A DNA stretch of 64,000 bases. It comes from Bigelowiella natans CCMP2755. Its lineage: Eukaryota > Protista > Cercozoa. Position numbers and translations under genes: made by a program. Under the pieces are notes generated by a model, which was not told where the DNA came from, made no database searches, and saw only the letters and a program-made list of their open reading frames with translations. Positions 1 to 15,000 of this stretch are shown here, piece by piece; positions within the stretch are counted from its first letter, which is position 1, and every line of letters begins with the position of its first letter. Where the stretch lies: the NCBI GenBank assembly GCA_000320545.1, contig ADNK01003025.1, forward strand, positions 62,001 through 126,000, read 5' to 3'.

Positions 1-3000
1 GGAATCAACATCGATATCGGAGGCACTGGCACTGAAGGAACCGGTGACATGAAGATTGATCAGTCCGAACTTCGTTTGATTTCCAGTACAAATGCTACCT
101 TCACCGCTGTCGGCGCCAGTATTCACGTGTACGATACCGTTCTAAGTGACACTACTGACATCAAAGAACGAGTATTCATGCGAGCTGACGCCGATATTTC
201 ATACCGTGGCTCTACGGTATGGAAGTCCATCCGGGGAATGGCACCAAAAGTAAACATCTCCCAGGATATGAAGGTGACGGAAGGTCATTTGATCATGGAG
301 TCCAAGGAATACTATGTGCACAAGGATACTTGGATTCAGAGTGAGGCAAACAACATCTACATCGAGGATTCTGCATCTGGTGCGGGTAGTATGATCACTG
401 AAAGCCCAGTTTACTGGAGGAGCAGTGGAGATATGACCTTTGAAGTACCGATGAAGGTTCTCGGTTCTGGAACCCTCACATTCCAGGCTGACAGCGACGA
501 GGACAACCTGGGAACTTTGTCTTTTGATTCGACTGCAAGCATCACTGTGTATGACACAGCGGTTCAGGAGTTGACATTCACTGGCGCCGATTTGATTCTG
601 GAGGCTGATGTTCAAGCAAGACAGGCCAACATTACAATCCAGGTTTCAAACCACACCGGTTCGACAATGAGTGTTGGTACGGGTTCTCTCGGTATGCAAG
701 TGAGCAATGCTGAGCTTGGTCGTATTAAGTCGGATACATCCGTAATGTTTGGAAGCTCGCAGACTGATAAGTTGTTTGTGGATGCTGCCACTTACACGCA
801 CACTCCAGTTGATTTGTACTTCGTTGCTATCGACAAGGTTGAGTTCAAGACGGGTGCTTCAAATTTCGCTACCCGTGTTGGTGTGCATTCAGATAAAGAC
901 ATCACTGTAAGTGCACCTGTGACTACTACTGGTGGTACTATGACCTGGGTTGCAAACGCAGACTGTGGTACTACTACTGGCAGTGGTACATTTACTAAGA
1001 CAGCGTCTGGATCGATCACCACAACAAATAACGCCATGTGGATCGAGGCATATGATGTAGTATTGGCTCCCTCAGGTGGAATCAACACTGGGTCGTCTGC
1101 CCTTCACTTTGTCGGTTGTGGTGTATCCATTGACGTTGGAGGATCTGGATCTCCTCGAACAGGAGAGATGGTTGTTGACCGAAGTGAGCTACAGCTTCTG
1201 ACATCGACGAACCTGACGTTCAATAGCGTCACAAAGAAGATCACAGTGTACGACAATTTAATCACTGATACAACGACAGTTGCAGATCGTGTGACTCTTA
1301 ATGCTCACACAAATATTGACTTTTTGGGTTCGTCGTTCTTCAAATCGTTGCGAAGTTCTTCTCCGATTATCAACATCAAGAATGACTTAAAGGTGACTGA
1401 AGGTCATCTTGTTTTTGAATCGGAAAGGTATAATGTGGATGGTGGTATTTGGATTCAAAGTGAGGCAAAGAACATCTATGTCGAACCACCTAAATCCGCC
1501 ACTGGTAAGATGTTCACAAGCACTCCTGTAACATGGAGGTCTGTAGGCGACTTAACCATTGAAGTACCGATTGACGTGAGCGGCTCTGGCTCGTTCATGA
1601 TGGAAGCAGATTATGACGAGGATGCAGCAGGGACAGTTTCTCTAAGCTCTGGCTCTCATGTAAAGGTTGTTGGAGCAACTGTAGACCAAGTTCTTATTAC
1701 TGCTGCAGATTTCATCCTTGAATCGAATATTATTGGGGCTCAGGCCAATGTTTCTATTCAAACTTCCAACCATTCTTCATCAAGAATTAGTGTGGGAAAT
1801 AACCATGGAGGTATGCACATTAGTGATTCAGAACTTGACCGAATAACTACCACATCGGAGCTTGTTATTGGAAGTCTGCAAACTGATCATGTGATATTTG
1901 ATGGAGCTACCCACGCCGACACCCCCGCTGATGTCTTCGTTGTGACGAACAATCGTGTTGATTTTGTTGGTGTGAAATCTACGTTCGCAACTCGAGTTGG
2001 AATTCACGCGGACAACGATGTTAGGGTTGTTGCACCCGTCGAAGTTTCCGGTGGTCCGATTACTATTGTTGCTGACGCGGATTGCAACTCCACCGGTGTT
2101 TTTATATTAAATCCACCAGGCTCAATCAAGGCTACGAATCAAGAGTTCACAATACAAGCACATGATGTTCACATGACTGCTCCTATCAACACTGGAAGTT
2201 CTCGAACGAATTTCATTGCCTGCAACGGTGCCTCAATCGATGTAGGTAGCGACGGGAACACCAATACTGGAGATATCAGAATATCGCAAGCAGAGTTGCG
2301 TCTAATTACCAGCACGAACCTAACGTTCAATGCGGAAAGCGCCAACATCAATTTGTACGAAACTGTCATCACTGACACCACAAATGTTGCTGGCCGTGTT
2401 TTCTTCACGGCTTCTCACAATGTAACTTTCTATGAATCGACAGTGTACAAGTCAACGAGATCTACTGCAAATAAAGTGAACATATCTTCCGACATGAAGG
2501 TTACCGAAGGACACTTGATTCTTGAAGCTACCCAATTTGACGTGGAGGCTGGTGTTTACGTTCAATCCGAAAAGGAAAATATTTACGTAGAGCCTCAAAT
2601 GTACGGAACAGGACATATGACCACAGATACCCCTGTGACATGGAAGAGCGCCAAAGATCTGACATTTGAAGTACCTATGGATGTCTATGGCACAAGCTCT
2701 CTAATGTTCCAAGCTGATAGTGATGAGGATGCTGACGGAACTCTCTCATTCTCCTCGATATCCAGTGTTACAGTTAGGGACCCAACAGTTGAGTCTATAC
2801 TGATTACGGCTGCGGACTTTATCCTCGAGCCTACCATCAATGGATCATTCGCTAACATTACCGTTCAGGTGTCCAACCACACCGGATCTACGATGAGTAT
2901 TGGAAGCAATAATGGAGGATTGCACCTCAGTGACACTGAATTGGATCGAATTTTCACGAAAACATCCTTGATCTTGGGAAGTACACAAACTGATATTGTC

Positions 3001-6000
3001 AACGTGGATGGAGCATCGCACACAGATACTCCTCAAGATGTGTTCATCGTGAGTATGAACGCTATTAACTTCATTAATCAGGGATCATCTTTTATCACCC
3101 GCACTGGGGTCCACTCGGATAATACTGTTACCGTTGCAGCTCCAGTCTCAATAAGTGGGGGTACTCTCACTGTTGTCGCAGACGCTACTTGTAATAAAAC
3201 TGGAGATTTCATAATCACCTCAACTGGATCCCTGAAAACTTGGGATAACGTTGCCTGGATCCAGGCTCACGACGCACGCATCGGCGGAACGATAGATACT
3301 GGAAAATCAGCAACACACATCATTGGTTGCCATGGTGTCACCATCGATGTGGGAGGTGATGGAAGTTCAACTACGGGGCAACTGAAAGTTCAGAAAACAG
3401 AGTTGCAGAAGATTACGAGCACTAATCTGACATTCACCTCGCTAAGTGCCGATATTCATGTATACGATACTGTTATCACAGACACGACTAACGTGAAAGA
3501 AAGAGTCACTTTCAAAGCATATGAAAATCTAAGGTTCGCTGGGTCTACAGTCTTTAAGTCTGTTCTGGCCATGGCACCGAAAATTAATATCTCTGCAGAC
3601 ATGAAAGTGACTGAAGGGCATTTAATATTCGAAGGAACAGAGTACAATGTTGACTCTGGAACCTGGATTCAGTCGGAGGTCAAAAACATTTACGTGGAGC
3701 CTACTCAGGGTGGAACCGGAAGTATGCTTCTCCGAACACCAGTTTGGTGGAGAAGTGCCAGCGACATCACATTTGAAGTGCCTGTAAACGTTTCCAAACC
3801 AAGTTCTTTGATGTTCGAAGCTGATAGCGATGAGGATGCCGATGGCACCCTGTCCTTCAATTCTGTGTCCCACATTAATGTTCGTGATAGTGCAGTTCAA
3901 CAGCTCGTGTTCACTGGTGCGCAGATGATTCTGGAGTCAGAAGTCAGAGGCCTCCAAGCGAACATCACTGTCCAGGTGTCAAACTATACCGGATCGGTGA
4001 TGAGCATTGGCCAGACTCACGGGGGTCTTCACCTCTCTGACCAAGAGCTGGATCGCATTACAACAGCTTCTTCCCTGCAACTAGGTAGTCTGCAGACAGA
4101 TAAAGTCTACGTTGATACGATCACGCACACAGATACTCCAGCAGATGTCTATTTCGTGAGCAACAATGCCATTGAGTTCGCGGGATCAGCCATGTTCAAG
4201 ACCCGTGTGGGTATCCACGCTGATAACGATGTCATCGTTAACGGTGCTGTGAAGACCGAGGGCGGAACAATCACTATTGTTGCAGATGCAACATGCAATA
4301 GTACTGGCATCTTGCACAAGGGAAGTACGGGTTCTATTACTTCGACAAACAACGTCATCTGGATCCAAGCTTACGATGTTATGGTTGTTGGTACCGGAAG
4401 AATTGACTCTGGAACAGCAGCCACACATTTCGTAGGATGTGACGGAGTGAGCATTGACGTTGGAGGGGATGGAACTACTATGACGGGTCAGATGCGTGTT
4501 GATAAGTCTGAACTGCAAATTATCACCAGCACGAACTTGACTTTCAATGCGGAATCCGGAAACATTCATGTGTATGATACCGTATCCACTGACACAACTC
4601 AAGTCTTGGATCGGGTCACATTCAACGCTTTTGATTATCTAGTATTTGCCGGTTCTAACGTTTTCAAATCCGTTCGTGGTGCTGCACCAAAAATGAACAT
4701 ATCTGCGGATATCAAAGTGACTGAAGGACATCTCGTACTAGAGGCCACTGAATATATCGTTGATTCGGGAGTTTACGTGCAATCTGAAATTCAAAACATT
4801 TACGTCGAGCCAACCAAGGGGCTTTCCGGAAGCATGATGTTGCACACTCCAGTTACATGGAAGAGTGCAAATGATTTAACTTTCGAAGTACCTATGAATG
4901 TGGATGGATCTGGAACACTTAACTTCCACGCAGATACCGATGAGGATAAAGAAGGCACTTTATCATTCTCGACTGGATCTCATGTCGAAGTGAAAGATCC
5001 CGCTGTACAGCAAGTTCATATTACGGCTGCTGACCTGCTCCTATCTGCTAATTTGAAAGCTTTGCAGGCTAACGTCACCATTCAGAGTTCAAATTCTTCC
5101 CATTCCGAAATGGTAATTGGAAATTCAAATGGAAAGGGCGGATTACAGCTAAGCGATGCAGAGTTGGATCTTATAACGACGGCTACCTCGTTGCAGCTCG
5201 GCAGCATTCAGACTGACAGTCTTTATGTGAGCGGAGTTTCTCACGTTGATACGCCAGCAGATGTTTATTTCGTAAGTATGAACCAAATTCAGTTCTGGGG
5301 TGCGCCCTCCACTTTCAAGACTCGTCTCGGAATCCACGCTGATAATGATATCAATCTAGAAGCTCCAGTGACCACAACAGGTGGTACTGTCACTGTTGTG
5401 GCAGATGCGACTTGCAATGGTACTGGAACTTTAAAGAAAACTCACTCTGGTTCAATTACGTCGACGGACAATGCAATTTTCATCCAGGCCCGTGATATTG
5501 TGCTTTCCCATCCCGGTCGCATCAACTCAGGATCCGCAGCTACTCACATTATTAGTTGCGATGGTCATGTGGATGTGGGTGGAGATGGAACGTCAACCAC
5601 TGGAATAATGAAGATTGATAAACTCGAATTGGCACTCTTCACAAGTTCGAATATGACTATTAATTCTGTTGGTCACGGTATGCATGTGTACGACACTGTG
5701 ATTACGGACACCACACAAGTTGCGGATCGTATCACGTTCAACGCCGCGACAGATCTTGTTTTTGCTGGATCTTCGGTATTCAAGTCCACCAGGGCTGTAG
5801 CACCAAAGATGAACATCTCAGCAGATATGAAGGTCACAGAAGGCCACATGGTCTTCGAGGCAACTGAATACATAGTTGATGCTGGCGTGTGGGTTCAGTC
5901 GGAAGTACAAAACATTTACGTCGAGCCTACGAAAGGTTTGAGTGGTCCTGCTAGCATGCGTTTGAGGACTCCAGTATGGTGGAGGAGTGCAAACGACGTC

Positions 6001-9000
6001 ACCTTTGAAGTCCCAATGATCGTAACCGAGCCTGGATCGTTGATGTTCCATGCTGATAGCGATGAGGATGCTAGTGGAACCGTGTCGTTCTCTTCTGTAT
6101 CTCACGTGACCGTGCAGGATAGCAGAACTCAGGAGATCGTCATCAGCGGTGCTGACCTGATCCTAGAAGCGAACATTAACGCATTGCAAGCTAATGTGAC
6201 GATTGACCCAAGCAACCATACTGGCTCGAAGATGAGTGTTGGTTTGGTTGATCATGGGGGATTGTATCTGAGCGATACTGAGCTCGACCGTATCACGACA
6301 GCAACATCGTTGCAGCTCGGAACCCTTCAAACTGATAAGCTTTTCGTCGATGGGGTGTCTCACGTGGATACTCCAGCCGATGTGTACTTCGTCAGTATGA
6401 ACAGCATCGAGTTCAAGGGGACTGCGTCTACTTTCAAGACTCGTATTGGCATTCATGCTGATAACGATGTGACAGTGAGTACCGGACTCACGACCACCGG
6501 TGGAACCGTGACTATTGTTGCTGATTCCACGTGTAACGACACTGGTACTTTTACGAAGACAGCATCTGGGTTCGTAAAGAGTACGGACAACGTGATGTGG
6601 ATTCAAGCTCACGACGTGGTGCTGGCACCTAGTGGAAGGCTTGACTCTGGCAGTGCCGCAATGCACTTCATTGGTTGTGATGGCGTCACGATTGATGTTG
6701 GTGGAGACGGAAGTTCGACTACTGGTCATATGAAGATCGATAAGTCTGAGCTTCAGTTGTTGACAAGCAATAACTTGACTTTCAACGCTGAGAGCGCAAG
6801 CATTTACGTATACGATACGGTGATCACTGACACTACGCAAGTCCTTGATCGCGTTACCTTCAACGCTGCTGAGGACTTGGTGTTTGCTGGATCTTCAGTG
6901 TTCAAGTCACTCCGTGGAGTTGCTCCACGACTGAACGTATCAGCAGATATGAAGGTTACTGAGAGCCACCTCGTCTTGGAATCTAATGAATACAATGTTG
7001 CGGCCGGTGTATGGGTACAATCTGAAGTTCAGAACATTTATGTGGAGCCTCTCGTTGGTCAATACGGGACGTTGCGCACGAATACGCCTGTAACATGGAA
7101 GAGTGCCGGTGACATTACGTTTGAAGTGAAATCTTTCGTATTTGGAGATGGATCTTTCAACATTCACGCTGATAGCGATGAAGATACTAGTGGAACAATA
7201 TCATTCTCGAACGGATCCTCAGTTGAGGTTACCGATCAAGGTGTTATTGCAATGGTATTCACTGGTGGTGATATTATTCTTGAAGATAGAATCCTTGGGA
7301 AGCAGGCCAACATCACCGTGCAACCCTCGAATTCTACCTCTTCGCTTTTGAGTGTAGGTGCTAACCATGGCGGTATGAATTTGGATAACAAGGAATTGAA
7401 CCTTCTTCATACGACTTCTATGTTGAAGCTTGGAAGCTTCCAGACGATGTTCCTTTTCTTGGATGGAGCTGTCTACAAAGATAAACCACATAATGTAGAA
7501 TTGATATCTGAGCACAACATCAATGTTACTGGATCACCGGTCGTATTTAATTCGAGAACTCGAATGCTCGCAATCGATCATATTACAATTTCTGCAAATA
7601 TTTCCATCTCGGGAGGTAATGCAACAATATGGGCTGACTATGATTGCAATCACATTGGCCAGCTGACTATTACACCTACTGGAGGTGTTTACACTGACAA
7701 CACTGAGCTTTTCCTTATTGCACCGAAGTTTTCCATTCAAGGTGAAGTCATTGCTCTGAATAGAGAGACTGTTGTCTCAGCTTGTTCTGGACAAAATATT
7801 GACATCGGTGGTGACGGTACTACCACTACGGGTGATACTAAGATTACGAAATCAGATTTGAGGGGTATGACTGGTATGAACGTTTCCATTCGTGCAAGCG
7901 GAGGTAGCGTTTTCATTTATGATACTGTCATTGATGATACACGTGATTTGCAAGGACGGGTGAAGCTATATTCCGATATTAAGATCAACCTGATGAGATC
8001 GTCAGCTTGGAAATCAATCCAATTGAACGCTCCTGTCATTAATGCATACGCAGATATTAAGGTGACCGAAGGCCACCTCTATACTTGGGCATCATATTAC
8101 AACATCAGGGAGATGAACCATTTTCAATCTGAAGTTGGGAATATGTATTTCCTAAAGAAAACTGCTAATGCGAACATGACCGTTTGGACCCAAGTTGAAT
8201 GGCGAAGTGCAAGCGATATCACATTTGAAGTTCCGATTTTTGTTCAAGGCTTTGGAACAATGACAGTTAAAGCAGATAGCGATGAAGACGCAAAAGGAAC
8301 TATTTCCTTTTCTGCTGATGCAGACGTCACTGTTGTTTCGCCTCATGTCCAACAGGTACTCCTTACTGGAGCTGATCTTATAATGGATGGCAATCTTATG
8401 GGTAGACAAGCAAACGTTACAATCCAAGCCTCAAATTACTCAGGATCTCTGATGACACTTGGAAATGGAAACGGTGGAATGCACATTACTGACGCTGAAC
8501 TTGACCGTATCACAACAGATACATCGCTACAACTTGGAAGTCTGCAGACGGACAGGATTCACGTAGATGGATTGTCACACACCGACACGCCGGCAGATGT
8601 GCATTTCGTTAGTACCAACTACATCGAATTCAGAGGAACTCCATCCAGTTTCAACACTCGCGTTGGAATTTACGCTGATAACGATATCTTGGTGCATGTC
8701 CCTGTTACAGTTAACGATGGGACCGTAACCATTGTGGCGGATGCTAAGTGTAATAGCACTGGTACGTTAAAGAAAACATTAGGAGGTAGTATCAAGTCGA
8801 CATCCGGACCTATTTGGATTCAGGCTTACGACGTGGATTTCGCACCACCTGGAAGAATTGATGCGGGTGCGCACGCAATCCACTTCGTGGGCTGTGGCGT
8901 GTCTATTGATGTTGGTGGAGATGGCACTTCAACAACGAGTGAAATGCGAGTTAGCAAAACTGAGCTGAGCCTTCTGACTTCTACCAACCTGACTTTCAAT

Positions 9001-12000
9001 GCAGAAACCAGATCGATCACCGTTTACGATACAGTTTCAACAGATACTCTGAATGTTCTCGACAGAGTTACGTTTAATGCCTTCCACTACCTGACATTCG
9101 CAGGATCCAACGTATTTAAATCTATCCGCGGCCACGCTCCAAAAATGAACATCTCTGCAGACATGAAGGTCACAGAGGGGCATATGGTGCTAGAGGCCAA
9201 GGAATACATCGTAGATTCTGGAATTTGGATCCAATCAGAAATTCAAAACATTTATGTCGAGCCTCTTCCTGGTTTCAGTGGAAGCATGATTTCCGATACA
9301 CCTGTTACTTGGAGAGCAGCTCACGATCTGACTTTTGAGGTTCCCCAGAAGGTGCACGGAAGTGGATCATTGATGCTCCTTGCAGATAGCGATGAGGATA
9401 CCGATGGAACTATCACAATCTCTCCCGTGTCTACAATTGAGGTTATCGATACTCGAGTACAGGAGATCGTTTTCACGGCTGCCGACGTATATTTGAACCC
9501 TCTCTTAAAGGCAGGGCAAGCAAACGTAACGTTTGATGTTTCGAACCACACTCATTCCACATTGAGCTTAGGTAGTGTAAACTCTGGTGGTATGTGGCTT
9601 GACAACGCCGAAATTGATCGTATCAGGACTGCAACATCTGTTCAGTTTGGAAGCACTCAAACTGACAGAATCATCGTAGATGGAATGACTTACTTCCAGA
9701 CTCCTGCAGATGTCTACTTTATCAGCAACAACCAAATCACCTTTAAGGGCGGTGCAACAAACCTTGCTAGCAGAATTGGTGTCCATGCTGATAACGACAT
9801 CACGATCACATCGCATGTAAAGACTACCGGTGGAACAATGACCTTCGTTGCAGATGCTACCTGCAATGGTACAGGAACGTTCACGAAGTCAGCTACAGGA
9901 CATGTCACAACCTCTGATGATACTCTTTGGATTCAAGCTCATGATATGAGACTTGCACATCCTGGGCGACTCGATTCCGGCGCATCCGCTACTCACGTTA
10001 TTGGTTGCTCCGGTGTTACTATCGACGTAGGTGGCGATGGATCCTCAACTACAGGGCAATTGAAACTGAACAAATCTGAGCTTCAATTGTTCACTAGCTC
10101 GAATCTTACTTTTAACTCCGAGAGTGCAGCTATCTATGTTTATGATACTGTGATTACGGACACCACACAAGTTGCGGATCGTATCACGTTCAACGCCGCG
10201 ACAGATCTTGTTTTTGCTGGATCTTCGGTATTCAAGTCCACCAGGGCTGTAGCACCAAAGATGAACATCTCAGCAGATATGAAGGTCACAGAAGGCCACA
10301 TGGTCTTCGAGGCAACTGAATACATAGTTGATGCTGGCGTGTGGGTTCAGTCGGAAGTACAAAACATTTACGTCGAGCCTACGAAAGGTTTGAGTGGTCC
10401 TGCTAGCATGCGTTTGAGGACTCCAGTATGGTGGAGGAGTGCAAACGACGTCACCTTTGAAGTCCCAATGATCGTAACCGAGCCTGGATCGTTGATGTTC
10501 CATGCTGATAGCGATGAGGATGCTAGTGGAACCGTGTCGTTCTCTTCTGTATCTCACGTGACCGTGCAGGATAGCAGAACTCAGGAGATCGTCATCAGCG
10601 GTGCTGACCTGATCCTAGAAGCGAACATTAACGCATTGCAAGCTAATGTGACGATTGACCCAAGCAACCATACTGGCTCGAAGATGAGTGTTGGTTTGGT
10701 TGATCATGGGGGATTGTATCTGAGCGATACTGAGCTCGACCGTATCACGACAGCAACATCGTTGCAGCTCGGAACCCTTCAAACTGATAAGCTTTTCGTC
10801 GATGGGGTGTCTCACGTGGATACTCCAGCCGATGTGTACTTCGTCAGTATGAACAGCATCGAGTTCAAGGGGACTGCGTCTACTTTCAAGACTCGTATTG
10901 GCATTCATGCTGATAACGATGTGACAGTGAGTACCGGACTCACGACCACCGGTGGAACCGTGACTATTGTTGCTGATTCCACGTGTAACGACACTGGTAC
11001 TTTTACGAAGACAGCATCTGGGTTCGTAAAGAGTACGGACAACGTGATGTGGATTCAAGCTCACGACGTGGTGCTGGCACCTAGTGGAAGGCTTGACTCT
11101 GGCAGTGCCGCAATGCACTTCATTGGTTGTGATGGCGTCACGATTGATGTTGGTGGAGACGGAAGTTCGACTACTGGTCATATGAAGATCGATAAGTCTG
11201 AGCTTCAGTTGTTGACAAGCAATAACTTGACTTTCAACGCTGAGAGCGCAAGCATTTACGTATACGATACGGTGATCACTGACACTACGCAAGTCCTTGA
11301 TCGCGTTACCTTCAACGCTGCTGAGGACTTGGTGTTTGCTGGATCAACGGTGTTCAAATCTGTACGTGCTGTTGCTCCAAAACTTAATGTGTCTGCAGAT
11401 ATGAAAGTTACTGAAGGACATTTGGTTTACGAGGCAACCGAATATATCGTTGACTCAGGTGTCTGGATTCAATCCGAAGTTCAGAACATTTACGTAGAAC
11501 CTACAAAGGGTGGATCTGGACTTATGCGATCTGGTACTCCTGTATGGTGGAGAAGTGCAAACGACATTACCTTCGAAGTACCTATGATTGTCACCGATCT
11601 TGGCACTCTAAATTTCCACGCAGATAGTGACGAAGATGCTGAGGGTACCATTACATTTTCTAAAGATGCTAATGTGACTGTCCAGGACAGCGCTGTTCAA
11701 CAGATTGTATTTACTGCAGCTGATCTTATTTTGGATTCTCACGTTGTTGGTCTTCAAGCTAACATTACATTACAGCCAACTAACTTCACAGGCTCTGTAT
11801 TGAGCCTTGGCGTAAACCACGGTGGCTTCCATATTAGTGACGCAGAATTGGATCGTATTTCGACTGCTACATCGTTGCAATTCGGAAGTTTGCAAACCGA
11901 CAAGATTTGGGTCAGCGGAGTCAGCCATGCAGACACTCCGGCTGACGTTTACTTCGTTAGTACAAACAGCATTGATTTCTGGGGAGCTGCATCTTCATTC

Positions 12001-15000
12001 AGTACCCGTCTCGGTATCCACGCAGACAGCGATGTCACTGTTGCCTCCGATGTATCAACTACAGGTGGCACAGTAACTATTGTTGCCGATTCCACTTGCA
12101 ACAACACTGGTGTCTTCACAAAGACTCCTCAGGGTAGTATCACCGTTGTGAATCATGCTATGTGGATTCAAGCACAAGATGTTATTTTGAGTGGAACCAA
12201 AAGGCTGGATACAGGGGCTGCTGCGATGCATTTTGTTGGATGCGACGGAGTCACAATTGATGTTGGTGGATATGGTATCTCAACAACAGGTCAAATGACT
12301 CTTGACAAGATGGAGCTTAGGTTGCTTACCAGCACCAATCTGACCTTCAATGCCGAGACTGGTAGTATCTACATTTACCAGACTGTTATCGACGATACAG
12401 CACAAGTAAGTGATCGAATTACCTTTAATGCGTTCCATGACCTGGTATTCCGTGAAACAACGATGTTCAAGTCTGTTCGAGCTGTTGCACCAAAGATGAA
12501 CATTTCAGCTGATATTAAAGTCACAGAAAGTCATCTTGTGTTTGAGGCTCGAGAGTACGTCGTTGATGCTGGCGTATGGGTGCAATCGGAACTTGCAAAC
12601 ATATATGTTGAACCTCTGGTTGGTGAAACTGGAAGTATGCTCATTCGAACCCCGACGACTTGGCGTGCTGCCGGTGATCTTACATTCGAAGTTTCATCCC
12701 AGATCTTTGGACAAGATGTATTGATTCTCCAAGCCGATTGGGATGAGGACGCATATGGAACTCTTTCCTTCAACAACAAGGCAAACATGTCTGTTGTTGT
12801 CGAGGGAGTACAAGATATCCTTATGACTGGGGCGGACTTCATTCTTGAAGCTCCTCTCGATGCAATGCAGGCAAATGTGACCATTATTACCTCGAATTAT
12901 ACCGGATCTAGGATAAGTGTCGGAAAGAACTCGCATGGTGGGATGCACGTGAGTGATGCTGAATTGGATCGCATAACAACTGCTACATCCTTGCAGTTCG
13001 GTAGCATTCAAACGGATCGCATTATTATTGATGGAGCTACACATGCTGATACACCAGCCGATGTTTATTTCATCAGTGTGAACAGCATTGAGTTTGTTGG
13101 GGATGATTCCGTCTTCGCAACTCGATTAGGAGTTCATGCTGATAACGACGTAACCATTAAGTCAAATGTTACCGTACATGGAGGAACCGCTACCATCGTT
13201 GCGGATGCTGCCTGTAATCATACCGGGAAGTTCACTCTCGTGAACGGATCGTTGACTACCTCAAATAATGTCTTGTGGATTCAGGCACACGATGTTCACA
13301 TCGAAGGACCAATTAACTCTGGAAGCGTCGCAACTCATTTCATTGGATGTACCGAGGTGTCTATCGATGTTGGAGGATATGGGAATACAACAACCGGTCA
13401 AATGAAAGTTGACCGATCTGAGTTGCAGTTCCTCACCAGCACTAATCTTACCTTCAATGCCGAAACCGGGAGCATTTTTGTTTATGATACTGTCATCTCC
13501 GATACTACGACGGTGGCAGATCGTGTGACGTTTAATGCCGCAAACACAACTGTATTTGAGGGTAAGGTTACAGCTAGTACTTTCAAATCTGTTCGTGTGG
13601 CTTCCCCACAAATCAATATCACCGGCGACATTAAGGTGACTGAGGGTCATCTTATCTTTGAGGCTCATAAATACCATGTTGGTCCTGGAGTTTGGGTACA
13701 GTCTGAAGTCCAGAACATTTACGTTGAACCAACTAAGGGTCTTACTGGAAAAATGTGGTCGAATACTCCAGTGACATGGAGAAGTGCTAACGACATCACT
13801 TTTGAAGTCCCAGTTGATCTCAGGGGTGAAGGCGCGTGGCTTTTGGAAGCAGATTGGGATGAGGATGCAGTCGGCACACTCAGTCTTGACGCAGCTTCCA
13901 AAGTAACAGTTCTTGATGAGGGTGTTGAATCTATTCATATCACAGCTGCTGATTTCATCCTTGAAGCTCCAATGGAGGGTTTGATTTGTAATATTACTAT
14001 TCAAGTCAGTAACTACACGAGTTCTGTTATGAGTGTTGGAAACAGTCAAAAGGGACTATGGCTCAACGACACCGAATTGGATTTAATCAATACGGTTGGT
14101 GACCTCACTCTCGGAAGTCTTCACACAGACACCCTCCTTGTGAATGGTGTTACTTATCAAAACACACCAAGACACATTTACATGATTGCAAGAAATGAAG
14201 TTAGATTCGAGTCGGTTGGAAGTAAATTCCAAACCAATTTTGATGTAGAAGCTGGTAATGATGTTAACATGAAAGCCAGCTTAACAACATCGGGCGGAAA
14301 CGTCACCATCACTTCAAACTACAACTGTAATGGCACTGGGAAGATGACAATCGACTCTGGAGTTCATATTATTACGAATGATGAGAGACTAACTCTGCGT
14401 GCCACGGATATCATTCTCGATGGAACAACTTCCTCGGGAAATGAGCAGACTATCATTACCGGATGTACTGGTATCTCAATTGACGTTGGAGGTGATGGAA
14501 CGTCTGATACTGGCTCGATCCGAATTTCCCAGGCTGAACTTGCAAGAATGGAATCAAACAACCATACTTTCAAAGCAGTTGGCGCTAATATCACTGTATA
14601 CCCGATCTTACCAGTTGATATTCAGAAAATTGCCTACAGAATTGTATTGGATGCAGAGAGACATCTTTGGTTCAGGGAGTCCGCCATCTTTAACTCCCTG
14701 CATAGTATTTCTCCACGGATTGACCTCGCTGCTGACTTGAAAACATTCTCTGGTCATATGATTTTCCAGTCGAATGATATTCAAGCCAGGGCTGGAGTCC
14801 ACGTACAGTCTGAAGTTGAAAATATTTACTTCCTTCCTAAATCTGCGCAGGACGGAGTCATCCACGTTGAAACTCCTGTGAACTTCAGAGCTGCACACGA
14901 TCTGACATTTGAGGTTCCCGTGGAAGTATTTGGATCCGATTCATTCTTTATGATTGCGGACAGCGATGAAGATGCAAACGGAGACCTTGTATTCAACTCA

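Noticed and set aside
49-51. ATG at 49 as the start codon
   Set aside because: The frame is open from base 1, the upstream codons continue the repeat motif, and there is no signal peptide. This Met is a conserved internal repeat residue.
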